A stretch of DNA of 64,000 nucleotides, from the NCBI GenBank assembly GCA_965232845.1, contig OZ247428.1, forward strand, positions 1,565,543 to 1,629,542, written 5' to 3'. Below are positions 38,377 to 47,168 of this stretch, piece after piece; the stretch's first letter is position 1, and every line of letters starts with the position of its first letter. The position numbers and the translations under genes were made by a program. The notes beneath the pieces were generated by a model that worked only from the letters and a program-made list of their open reading frames with translations, had not been told where the DNA came from and ran no database searches. Source of the stretch: Dehalococcoidia bacterium (GTDB lineage: Bacteria > Chloroflexota > Dehalococcoidia > Lucifugimonadales > UBA3495).

Positions 38377-38524
38377 CACTGGGTGGTTCCCCAGCTCATG
38401 CCAAAGCAATGGAACCTCATCCAGGTATTTGCTCAAACGACTGACCAAACTGGCAATCCCAATTTCCAAGGGTTACAATGCCCCAAAGTCAGGTTGTCCA
38501 GTCCCTAATCTGAGGAGGTGTGAA

Positions 38525-39466
38525 ATGCCCCTTGACCCTCAAATCGTAACTGTTATGGAAGCCGTTGCCGCCCTCGGGTTGCCTCCCAACAACGAAGTTT
38601 CTCCCGAACAAGCACGGATAAACGGCAAGATGCGGCCCCGCGCGCCTGGACCCGAAGTCAGCAAGGTTGAAGACCGCACCATTCCGGGCCCGGACGGCGA
38701 AATAGCCGTTCGCATCTATACCCCCGCAGGCTCCGGCCCCTTCCCCGGCCTGGCCTGGTTCCACGGCGGTGGCTGGGTCGTAGGCGATCTGGATACGGCC
38801 GACGGCGCCTCTCGCCACCTGTGCGTCGGTGCCAACTGCGTGGTAGTCTCCGTTGATTATCGTCTCGCTCCGGAAACCAAGTTCCCTGGACCCGCCGAGG
38901 ACTGTTACGCGGCTACCCAATGGTTGGCCAGTAATGCGGCTTCCCTCAACGTAGACCCGACCCGCATCGCCACCGGCGGAGACAGTGCCGGTGGAAACCT
39001 GTCTGCTGCGGTGTCCCTCATGTCTCGCGACCGGGGCGGCTGTGACCTCGTATTTCAACTGCTGGTTTACCCTGTAACCGAGCGAAACTTCCAGACCGTG
39101 TCCTACATCGAAAACGGGGAGGGCTACTCGCTCAGCCGTGACGGGATGATCTGGTTCTGGGACCACTACCTGGCTGGCGACGCGGATTCGACCAACCCTT
39201 ACGCTGCCCCCATGCATGCCAGTGACCTGAGCGGACTTCCGCCGGCCCTGGTAATAACTGCTGAGTTCGACCCGCTTCGGGACGAGGGTGAGGCTTTCGG
39301 TCAGAAGCTGGCCGAAGCCGGCGTTCCCACCACTTGCAGCCGCTACGACGGTATGATTCACGGGTTCTTCGGCATGTCGGCAGCGGTGGACAAGGCAAAA
39401 CTGGCAGTGGAGCAGGCCGCAACCTGCCTGCGGGAAGCTTTTGCCGGCGCTCCCGTCGGAAGCTAG
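38525..39466 (+). CDS. alpha/beta hydrolase, hormone-sensitive-lipase-like esterase (family IV)
   Basis: ORF track 38429..39466; ATG 38525 with a GAGGAGG Shine-Dalgarno is preferred. Has the HGGGW oxyanion motif and the GDSAGGNL nucleophile elbow. Confidence 0.88.
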   Translation: MPLDPQIVTVMEAVAALGLPPNNEVSPEQARINGKMRPRAPGPEVSKVEDRTIPGPDGEIAVRIYTPAGSGPFPGLAWFHGGGWVVGDLDTADGASRHLCVGANCVVVSVDYRLAPETKFPGPAEDCYAATQWLASNAASLNVDPTRIATGGDSAGGNLSAAVSLMSRDRGGCDLVFQLLVYPVTERNFQTVSYIENGEGYSLSRDGMIWFWDHYLAGDADSTNPYAAPMHASDLSGLPPALVITAEFDPLRDEGEAFGQKLAEAGVPTTCSRYDGMIHGFFGMSAAVDKAKLAVEQAATCLREAFAGAPVGS

Positions 39467-39517
39467 CTTAGCTTCTACGAGACAATGCTCGGTAGGGTAG
39501 ACCGCGACCGGAAAATG

Positions 39518-39558
39518 GGGCAAGGATGACATTTCATCTATCCTTGCCCTTTCCTTTT
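39518..39558 (+). terminator. rho-independent terminator after the esterase gene
   Basis: GGGCAAGGAT-12 nt loop-ATCCTTGCCC followed by TTTCCTTTT. Confidence 0.6.
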
Positions 39559-39684
39559 GGTTGCCAGTGGCCTTAACAGTGTCTGGATTCTCAATGCCTC
39601 AAACGTCAGTTCAAATAGTCACTCAGTTGACTTTGTGATAGTATCCTCAAAATGCGCTGCATACCCCATCCTTGCCAGGAATTC

Positions 39685-40206
39685 ATGCTGAAAACTTTCC
39701 AGGACTCCGATTCTATCCAGAATATTGTTGGTTATGTCATCCGTGCAGCCCTGGGTACCGGAATGGCAGTGGTGCTGGCCGCGGTGGGAGTTGTGCTGGC
39801 GAGAATGGGCTTGCTGCTCTTCGGCCTGACCTCCTGGAATGCCTGGCTGGCAATGCTGGTTGTCGGGGCAGGAGTGGGCGCGGGACTGGGAAGCGGCACG
39901 GCCTGGCTCTGGTTGAAGGGCATGGGGAGCGCCTCCACTGCCTGTCTGTTCATACTGGCCCTGGCCGCCGGAGTTTGTGGAAGCTGGCTGGCTTATCAAT
40001 ATGGGGCAGGGGTGAAGCCTGAATGCTGTGCTTCTCCAGAAATGGGCCCCATTGCCTACGCCATTGTTGGGGCAGTTCTGGCTTCAAGTGGAACGGCCCT
40101 GGTGTGCGGCGTTGTTGGCCAGAATATTGGGCGAGCACTGCGTTCCAGGCAAGGCGCCACACCGGTTCCTGTTCGCGGGGGCCCGCCGGAACTGGACAGC
40201 AAGTAA
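39685..40206 (+). CDS. hypothetical Gly/Ala-rich integral membrane protein (about 4 TM helices)
   Basis: ORF track 39652..40206; ATG 39685 is preferred. Has hydrophobic segments AALGTGMAVVLAAVGVVLA, LAMLVVGAGVGAGLG, CLFILALAAGVCGSWLAY and IAYAIVGAVLASSGTALVCGVV. I recognise no family. Confidence 0.5.
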   Translation: MLKTFQDSDSIQNIVGYVIRAALGTGMAVVLAAVGVVLARMGLLLFGLTSWNAWLAMLVVGAGVGAGLGSGTAWLWLKGMGSASTACLFILALAAGVCGSWLAYQYGAGVKPECCASPEMGPIAYAIVGAVLASSGTALVCGVVGQNIGRALRSRQGATPVPVRGGPPELDSK

Positions 40207-40248
40207 CCCTTGCCAGATTGCCCAACCTTAGCCACGGAGGCTTAAAGG

Positions 40249-41166
40249 GTGCAAAAATTTATTGCGCGCCGCTTGGTCATCACTATATTTACCCTGATTC
40301 TGGTCTCTTTAATTGTTTTCGTCATGGCCAGAGCCTCCGGCGACCCGCGAACCCTGCTCCTGGATGACTACGCCAGCACCGAAATGTGGGACGAGTTGGG
40401 GGTTGAATTAGGGTTGGACAAGCCACTCTACTTCCAGTACGCCATTTTCCTGGGTGATGCCCTCTTGCTCGACTTTGGAGACTCGGTAATCGATAACCAG
40501 CCAGTAACCGAAACCATCCTGGAACGGCTTCCGGCAACGCTGCAATTGGGCGCTGCGGCCTTTTTCTTCTCCCTGGCGGTGGGGATTCCACTGGGAATCC
40601 TTTCTTCGATCCGACGGGATAGTTTGTGGGACCAGGTAGGCAAGGTAGTGGCCCTCCTGGGACAGTCAATGCCGCCTTTCTGGTTGGGCATCATGCTGAT
40701 TTTCTTCTTCGCGGTGATGCTGGGATGGGTCCCGCCTTCGGGACGCTACGAATGGAACAGTTTCGTCCTGCCGGCCATTACCCTGGGCTGGTTCACGGTG
40801 GCGGCCAACATGCGCATCGTACGGTCCGCAATGCTTGACAGCCTGGATACGGAATACATCAAGCTGGCGCGGGCCAAGGGAGTTTCGGAGACTCAGATAA
40901 TCTGGAAGCACGCCCTCAAGAATGCAGTCATACCCCCGCTGACCTTCATGGGAATCACCCTCGGGACCCTGGTAACCGGCTCTATTGTGGCCGAGACGGT
41001 TTTCGCATGGCCCGGTATTGGCTTGCTGGCATTTGATGCCCTGAGGCAGTCTGACTACTCTCTCCTGCAGGGGATTGTCATATTCTTTGCCGTGATGTAC
41101 CTGGGTACTTCTCTTCTGGTGGATATACTTTACGCGTACCTCGATCCCAGAATCCGATTTAGCTAG
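40249..41166 (+). CDS. ABC transporter permease (DppB/OppB-like)
   Basis: 305 aa. Begins MQKFIARRLVITIFTLILVSLIVFVM and has the EAA loop YIKLARAKGVSETQIIWKHALKNA. Confidence 0.9.
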   Translation: MQKFIARRLVITIFTLILVSLIVFVMARASGDPRTLLLDDYASTEMWDELGVELGLDKPLYFQYAIFLGDALLLDFGDSVIDNQPVTETILERLPATLQLGAAAFFFSLAVGIPLGILSSIRRDSLWDQVGKVVALLGQSMPPFWLGIMLIFFFAVMLGWVPPSGRYEWNSFVLPAITLGWFTVAANMRIVRSAMLDSLDTEYIKLARAKGVSETQIIWKHALKNAVIPPLTFMGITLGTLVTGSIVAETVFAWPGIGLLAFDALRQSDYSLLQGIVIFFAVMYLGTSLLVDILYAYLDPRIRFS

Positions 41167-41184
41167 GTCTAAGAGAGACGTTTA

Positions 41185-42222
41185 ATGGCAGACACCGTTC
41201 TAGTATCCCGGCCCGATTCATCATTTCAGCCTATGCAGAGGATTCGTGGACTGCGCCGGCGGCATATCCTGTTGGGCATTTCCGTCTTCCTGCTTTTAAT
41301 GGTAGCCGGTACCGGGATTTTCGCTCCCTTGCTGGCTCCCCATAACCCCCACCGGGGAACTCTGGCGGACCAGAAGCTGCCTCCGGCGTGGATTGGAGAG
41401 CGCACTACAACGAAGGCAGTGGTGGAGTTTCCGGAGCCGGGATTGAGCCACCGCCAGATCTCCATTTCCAAGGCCCAGCGTATCGACCCCAACGCCGAGC
41501 TTGGCGGTGAGGTTAGCGTAATATTGCGGGACGGGGGAAACTCGAAATACCTGCTGGGCACCGACGACCTGGGCCGGGATATTCTTAGTCGCATGATTTA
41601 CGGGGCCCGCATTTCTCTGATTATCGCCGCCGTAACCCTGGGCATTGGCGGCGCAATAGGGACCGGATTGGGCCTGATCGCCGGGTATGTCGGAGGGCTG
41701 ATTGACGAAATCGTAATGCGCATCGTGGACATTTTCCTGGCGCTGCCTCTCGTCCTGGTGGCGCTGGTATTGGTGGTAGCGGTGGGACAGTCTTTCTTCA
41801 TAACTACGGTGGTGCTGGTATTGTTCATCTGGGTGCGCTTCGCCCGGCAGATCCGGGGCGAAGTGTTGCAGCTGAAGACCATGGATTACGTCTCCCTGGC
41901 CAAGGTGGCAGGGGCTTCAACTCCGCGCATTCTTTTCGTTCACCTGTTCCCGGGGGTGATCAATACGCTAATCGTCGTGGCGACTCTCCAGGTCAGCATA
42001 GTAATCCTGGTTGAGTCCACCCTGAGCTTCCTGGGCGCGGGTGTGCCGCCGCCAACACCGGCCTGGGGTTCCATGGTCGCGGACGGCCGGGACTTTTTGG
42101 CCGATGCCTGGTGGATCTCAACCATGCCAGGGGTGGCCATATTGCTGACCGTCTTGTCCCTGAATTTGTTCGGGGACTGGCTGCGGGACAGGCTGGACCC
42201 CAAGTTGCGCCAGTTGAGTTAG
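41185..42222 (+). CDS. ABC transporter permease (DppC/OppC-like, long N-terminal region)
   Basis: 345 aa with LLGTDDLGRDILSRMIYG and the EAA loop YVSLAKVAGASTPRILFVHLFP. Confidence 0.9.
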   Translation: MADTVLVSRPDSSFQPMQRIRGLRRRHILLGISVFLLLMVAGTGIFAPLLAPHNPHRGTLADQKLPPAWIGERTTTKAVVEFPEPGLSHRQISISKAQRIDPNAELGGEVSVILRDGGNSKYLLGTDDLGRDILSRMIYGARISLIIAAVTLGIGGAIGTGLGLIAGYVGGLIDEIVMRIVDIFLALPLVLVALVLVVAVGQSFFITTVVLVLFIWVRFARQIRGEVLQLKTMDYVSLAKVAGASTPRILFVHLFPGVINTLIVVATLQVSIVILVESTLSFLGAGVPPPTPAWGSMVADGRDFLADAWWISTMPGVAILLTVLSLNLFGDWLRDRLDPKLRQLS

Positions 42223-42273
42223 TGCCGGTAAGAATTAACATACGGCTGACGATGCAGCCGCGGGAGGGTAGAA

Positions 42274-43119
42274 ATGGAACAAGTATCTAGCAGCGTATTT
42301 GCAGAAACCCAGATTCGAGGGTGCAATCACGGTTTCGTCGTCACGTCGGAAGGCGTGGTGATGATCGACAGTCCCCAGAAACCAAGCGACGCCCTCAAAC
42401 TGAAAGAGGAAATTGCCAAGCACGGCGAGCTTCTTTACATCATCAACACGGAACCCCACGGCGACCACTGGACTGGTAACGCCTATTTTGACGTGCCGGT
42501 CGTAGCCCACGAGGGAGTGCGGCAGCGCATCCTGGACACCAACCTGGAAGAGCACGTGGCGCGGGTAGCTGGCATGGGCCCCGATGAGCCGGCCCTGTTG
42601 GAGAATTACACTCCCAACGCGCCGGTGATCACGTTTCGCAACGGCATGACCATGCATGTGGGCGACCATACCTTCCAGATGATTCACATGCCGGGCCATA
42701 CCCTCTACCAGGCCGCTATCCTGATTAAGGAAGAAGGTGTGGTCTTCACCAGCGACAACATATTCCACAAGGTGCAGACCTACATCCAGGAAGCCAACCC
42801 CGACCAGTGGCTGCGGGCCCTGGAGTCCCTGCGCCGGCTGGACGAGGAGATATTTATTCCCGGCCACGGCCGCCGCTGCGACAAGGGCTACCTGGACGAG
42901 CAGGGCGAGTACATCCTGGAGTGGAAAGAATACGCCCGCAACGCCGTGGAGCGCGGCATGACCCGTGACGAGGCCGTCGAAAATCTCACCGACCTGACCG
43001 ACCGCTACCCCATGGATGTGGGCCAGGACGGCACCTCACCCAGGGTAATGAAGATGAACGCCGCCAACCTGTGGGACTATTGGAACAGGGAAGGCGTTCA
43101 CGAAGACCGGCCGGATTAG
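42274..43119 (+). CDS. MBL-fold metallo-hydrolase
   Basis: 281 aa with an INTEPHGDHWTGN (HxHxDH-type) motif, HMPGHT and a later PGHG. GGGAGGG Shine-Dalgarno upstream. Confidence 0.8.
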   Translation: MEQVSSSVFAETQIRGCNHGFVVTSEGVVMIDSPQKPSDALKLKEEIAKHGELLYIINTEPHGDHWTGNAYFDVPVVAHEGVRQRILDTNLEEHVARVAGMGPDEPALLENYTPNAPVITFRNGMTMHVGDHTFQMIHMPGHTLYQAAILIKEEGVVFTSDNIFHKVQTYIQEANPDQWLRALESLRRLDEEIFIPGHGRRCDKGYLDEQGEYILEWKEYARNAVERGMTRDEAVENLTDLTDRYPMDVGQDGTSPRVMKMNAANLWDYWNREGVHEDRPD

Positions 43120-43272
43120 GTGCTTTCCATTCACAGGAATCAGAAGACTAAGAAGCAGCCGAAAAATCCTTTCCCCCTTGGCGGGCGAAAGTAAGGATGG
43201 GGGTGACGAGTAGAGTAATGTCACCTCAACGCAGCGCTGAGCATATGTTCGGCGGTTTTGAGATAGTTATTA

Positions 43273-43302
43273 AGAATGGGCAGTCACCATACTGCCCATT
43301 CT
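43273..43302. terminator. bidirectional terminator hairpin between convergent genes
   Basis: 12-bp perfect stem AGAATGGGCAGT-caccat-ACTGCCCATTCT. Confidence 0.6.
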
Positions 43303-43340
43303 ATTCCCAGTTTCCCGATAAACTTGCCAATAGGGACCCT

Positions 43341-43901
43341 CTAGACCCTCTCACCCTTAAATGCCCACAGCCAGTCCTGATCCCGGGCCGGGCCCGTAAC
43401 CCACCCGTCCATGGCCTGCTGGCGTTCCGCCCCAATGTCCACACCCAGGCCATCGGCCAGCCGGTTCATGAAATTGAACAGGCAGGTAATCCCCACCACT
43501 GAAAGTATCTGCTCATCAGGCAATCCCAGTTCCCTCAGGGTAATTACATCCGCCTCCCGCATTTCCGTCGGTTCTTTGGTCAGCTTCACCGCAAAGTCCA
43601 GCATGCCACGGGTCTGCGGGTCGAGGTCGGCAGTCGTATAGTCGTGCAGGACATGACTGGCGTATTCCGGGTCGTCGGAATGTTGACGGAGGAACCCCCC
43701 GTGGGAAGATGCTCAATAGCGGCAGCGGTTGATCACTGACACGGCTACGGCAATGGATTCCTCCTGAATCCGGGTCAGCTCCGAGGCGCCGAAACTGACG
43801 GCCTGGTTAAGGTTGCGGACCGCCTCCATCATCCTGGGGTTAATGGACATGGAGCTAATAATGCCGGGCATGCCCACGTCTTCCTGTCTTATCCAGGTCA
43901 T
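43341..43901 (-). CDS. AhpD-like / carboxymuconolactone decarboxylase (CMD) family peroxidase-related selenoprotein, CxxU motif (in-frame TGA at 43715-43713)
   Basis: ORF-track pieces 43713..43901 and 43341..43604 are in one frame; I verified this codon by codon. Readthrough gives ...IAVAVSVINRCRY-U-ASSHGGFLRQH...MLDFAVKLTKEP... The family motif is N-x-C-x-Y-C-xxx-H, so the TGA replaces the second Cys. The total of 186 codons is typical for the family. AAGGAG Shine-Dalgarno at the start. Confidence 0.8.
43686..43702 (-). promoter_or_regulatory. candidate bacterial SECIS hairpin for the AhpD-like gene
   Basis: On the coding strand, ACGGGG-GGUUC-CUCCGU forms a 6-bp stem including one G-U pair, with a GGU-containing apical loop. 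It starts 10 nt after the UGA. Confidence 0.45.
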
Positions 43902-43987
43902 GGTCTGCTCCTTCTTCTCCCGTCATCTGGTCCAGTAAATGACGGGTAGTTCTTTTTGGGTAATTCTCCAACAGTGGCCAATTCAGG

Positions 43988-44374
43988 CTATTCGCTCACC
44001 GAGGCCGGGCGCGCCCCCTCCAGGTAATGAGTATGTTCCGCAGAATAGGGATCAAGGGCAGGAAAGAACACCAGCAGGTGAGCCGTACCTTCGCCGGTAA
44101 CTCTAAAGGAGTGCTCAGCCCCGGGGGGAATGACCACGGTGTGGTTAGGGCCGACAGTCCGGGTTTCCCCATCCATGCTGACTTCCAAAGTTCCTTCCAT
44201 TATGATGATCAGCTCGTCAATAGTGTGAGTGTGCAACGGAGCGCCGGCTCCAGGCTCGGCGGTATTGATGCTAAAGGTGCTGGTTACCCCCTGTTCGTGG
44301 CCGGCCACGTCCCACTTTCGGTAGCCAGGCCGCCAGGGCACTTCCGGAGCATGGGAATGGTCAATTATGGGCAT
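43988..44374 (-). CDS. cupin-domain protein
   Basis: 128 aa with GAGAPLHTHTIDELIIIMEGTLEV...PPGAEHSF (two cupin motifs). GGAGGA Shine-Dalgarno upstream. It lies 86 nt upstream of the AhpD-like gene on the same strand. Confidence 0.8.
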   Translation of the reverse strand: MPIIDHSHAPEVPWRPGYRKWDVAGHEQGVTSTFSINTAEPGAGAPLHTHTIDELIIIMEGTLEVSMDGETRTVGPNHTVVIPPGAEHSFRVTGEGTAHLLVFFPALDPYSAEHTHYLEGARPASVSE

Positions 44375-44620
44375 GCTGTCCTCCAGGGCGTTCGGTCAGG
44401 TTGGCTGCGGGCAGCACCTGCCGGCGATTTGCGCCCCATTGTACCCCATATTCCCCTAACTGCCAGACCAGAAAAACAGGGGCCAGGAACAAGCGCGCCA
44501 CCTAAGGTGCCCCTGCCGGAACTAACTTGGCGAACACCGTTGAATATTTGATTTCACGTACGGGCGCCCGGCGGTAGCCGTGCTATACTTGGTCAATCAC
44601 CGGCATTTCAGGAGGAACTT

Positions 44621-45139
44621 ATGACCACGCCAGCGGCACAACCGGATAGTGACCGGATTTCCCGGTCTTTTACCATCCAGGGCGACGCGATGACCCTGGA
44701 AGGCATGAAAAAGCAGGCGGAAGCCCGCGGTTTCACGATTATGTGCGACGAAGGGCCCCCTATGGGCGACAACACCGCGCCTTCTCCCATGACCTATTTC
44801 GCGGTCGCCATCCTGTTTTGAGAAATGACCCAGCTTGAGCGGTACGCTCAGATGATGAAAGTGGACCTGGGGCAGGTAAAAGCTAATGTCGGCTTTTCGG
44901 TTTCTTCCGAAGGTTCGGTGCTTCGACAAACGGTTCAGGCCAAGGCGGACAAGATCAACATTCACTATGACGTAGTTTCTAATGACCCGCCGGAACGGGT
45001 GGCTGGCCTCATGCGGAACGCCCGCAACGGTTGCTACGCCCGCCAGTCCTTCGGGCGCCCTGAGTTGTTCGAAGACACTATCAACTTGAATGGCGAGCCC
45101 TTTGACATGGCTGACTACCCGGCTCCAGGCGACAACTAA
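44621..45139 (+). CDS. OsmC/Ohr-family peroxiredoxin-like selenoprotein (in-frame TGA at 44819-44821)
   Basis: ORF-track pieces 44621..44821 and 44825..45139 are in the same frame (offset 204 nt). Readthrough gives ...NTAPSPMTYFAVAILF-U-EMTQLERYA... and later RNARNGCYARQSF. The TGA aligns with the first conserved OsmC Cys (E. coli ...IGAAHAAC-FSMALS), and the second Cys motif is retained. AGGAGG Shine-Dalgarno 6 nt before the ATG. Confidence 0.8.
44835..44851 (+). promoter_or_regulatory. candidate bacterial SECIS hairpin for the OsmC-like gene
   Basis: UUGAGC-GGUAC-GCUCAG, a 5-7 bp stem with GGU in the apical loop, beginning 13-14 nt after the UGA. Confidence 0.45.
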
Positions 45140-45328
45140 CTTACGGACGCCTTCCGGACTGTATAAATCCAGGCCCAGTTATTCAACGTAGTATATACTG
45201 ACAGGGGTCGTTGGTGTTTCATCCCTCACCCCCTTGGAATGCCAGGCTCCTGTCACAATGCCAGCGGTCGAGGCTGTCAGTCAGATGGCCCACGCTGGCC
45301 CAACCGATTCCAGAGACAAATTCATGCA

Positions 45329-46330
45329 ATGGGCAAGGCAGTGGCGGACGACAGGACTACTACGGAACTCACCTCTGAAATTCCGGCGATAGTTACTCAA
45401 GGGTTAACACGGCAGTTCGGCAAAGTTACCGCCCTTAACAACGTGAGCCTGGTGGTTCCCTCTGGAACCGTCCTGGGGTTGTTGGGCCCCAACGGTTCCG
45501 GCAAAACCACCTTGCTCAGCGTCTTGGCGGGCTTTATTTCTCCGACCGCCGGCAACTTTCAACTATTGGGCCAACCCGACCACAGCCAGGCGCTGGCCCG
45601 TACGGGTTCGCTTATCTCACGTCCTCTCTTGTGGCCCCACCTGACCTGCCACGACAATTTGCGCTGCATCCAGGGGATAACCGGCCTCCAGCCTGACCTC
45701 TACGAAGTGGACCGCCTGCTGGCAGAGGTGGGCTTGGAGAGGAGCGCGGCCAATCGAAAATTCGGCCAGTGTTCCACCGGAATGAGGCAGCGCCTGGGCA
45801 TCGCCACCACCCTGCTGGGCAATCCTGACCTGCTCCTGCTGGACGAACCCACCACGGGGCTGGACCCTGAGGGCATGGTGGAAATCCGGAACCTGATTCG
45901 CGAATTGGGAAACAAGCCGGGACGCTCCATAATAATGTCCAGCCATTTGCTCCACGAAGTCGAACTTACCTGCGACCACTACGCAATAATCTTTCGAGGC
46001 AATCTGGTGGACCAGGGACCCTTAACGAGTGCAACCCTGCCTGTCTCTGCCGTTCAGGTAAACACCACGGACAATGTGCGCGCCCTCGATTGCCTCGTCA
46101 AAAAAGGCTGGAGCGCCTCCGCCAACTCAAGGGACACCGGCCAGCACCAATCCTTGATTGTGGAAACCCAGCCTGGCGCCGAATGGAAGGTGGCCCGGGA
46201 CCTGGCGGAGTTTGGCATTTATCCCTCTGACATGCGCCCCTCCGAATCGACCCGCTTTGCCGGGTCGCTGGAGGGAAAGTACCTGGTCGCCGTGGGCCGC
46301 GGGGAAGTTGAAGGTGGCCAGAAGGAATGA
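45329..46330 (+). CDS. ABC transporter ATP-binding protein (ABC-2/GldA-like exporter type, extra C-terminal domain)
   Basis: ORF track 45239..46330; ATG 45329 is preferred. Walker A is GPNGSGKTT, the signature is CSTGMRQRLG and Walker B is LLLLDEPTTGLD. Confidence 0.9.
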   Translation: MGKAVADDRTTTELTSEIPAIVTQGLTRQFGKVTALNNVSLVVPSGTVLGLLGPNGSGKTTLLSVLAGFISPTAGNFQLLGQPDHSQALARTGSLISRPLLWPHLTCHDNLRCIQGITGLQPDLYEVDRLLAEVGLERSAANRKFGQCSTGMRQRLGIATTLLGNPDLLLLDEPTTGLDPEGMVEIRNLIRELGNKPGRSIIMSSHLLHEVELTCDHYAIIFRGNLVDQGPLTSATLPVSAVQVNTTDNVRALDCLVKKGWSASANSRDTGQHQSLIVETQPGAEWKVARDLAEFGIYPSDMRPSESTRFAGSLEGKYLVAVGRGEVEGGQKE

Positions 46331-47103
46331 TCCGCCAAGTGATTTGCCTGGCGCAATGGGAATGGTTTCGCCAGAGTCGAAAAATCAGTGTGATTCTGTT
46401 GCATTCTCTGGCCCTCCTTCTGGCGGTGGTAGTGCTGGGCGTGGCCGCAATGAACAATATCGGATGGATCCCCTTCCCTGTGGAAGTGAGCTACTTCCAA
46501 GCGGCTTCGGGCTTCCTTTCGACGGTGAGTCCCCTGCTGGCCATCCTGTTGGCCGCATTGGTACACGCCATTGACCTGCAAGGGGGAAACTGCCGGACAC
46601 TGGCCGCCCGGGGCGCTTTGAGAAGCTCGATACTGGCCTCCAAGGCCATGTTGTCCGCACTGGTGTTGCTTGGTTTTCACCTGTTTGTTGTGGCGCTCGC
46701 CTTTTTGCTTGCCCTGGCTATCGCACCGAACTTCGACGACTGGCGGGCAGGCCTCACCGGCGTTGGCGCTTCCTTTTTGATCTCCCTGCTTTACCTGGCC
46801 CTGGGTATCGCGCTTAGCCACTGGCGACAGTCCACCGCTTTTACGGTCGGGATCGGGATAGCCGTCATTTTTTTCGAAGCAATTGCCTATCCCATCGCCG
46901 GCGAATTGGGCCAATTCATTGAATGGCCCATCAGTGAAGTTACGGCCTGGACCATGTGGGGAATCTCCAACGGTTTGCAGGGTGACAGCGACTTGCTTGG
47001 CGCGGGTTGGTATGTTCCCATCCTAATAGGATACATCGGTATGTTGGCGGGACTTTCCCTGCTTGCTTTCCGGAAGTCTGATTTGCGGGCGGGTGGTGAG
47101 TAA
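46327..47103 (+). CDS. ABC-2-type transporter permease
   Basis: 258 aa with about 6 hydrophobic helices. ATGA start/stop overlap with the ATPase gene. Confidence 0.75.
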   Translation: MIRQVICLAQWEWFRQSRKISVILLHSLALLLAVVVLGVAAMNNIGWIPFPVEVSYFQAASGFLSTVSPLLAILLAALVHAIDLQGGNCRTLAARGALRSSILASKAMLSALVLLGFHLFVVALAFLLALAIAPNFDDWRAGLTGVGASFLISLLYLALGIALSHWRQSTAFTVGIGIAVIFFEAIAYPIAGELGQFIEWPISEVTAWTMWGISNGLQGDSDLLGAGWYVPILIGYIGMLAGLSLLAFRKSDLRAGGE

Positions 47104-47146
47104 TAGACAAGCTACTTTGTACCTGTAAGGGCGGCGTCTGAGGAAC

Positions 47147-47168
47147 TTGACACTTTCTTGACACTTTC
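47147..47168. repeat. tandem direct repeat, 2 x 11 bp (TTGACACTTTC)
   Basis: Read directly, 44 nt after the ABC-2 permease stop. A third TTGACAC box lies at 47308. Confidence 0.9.
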
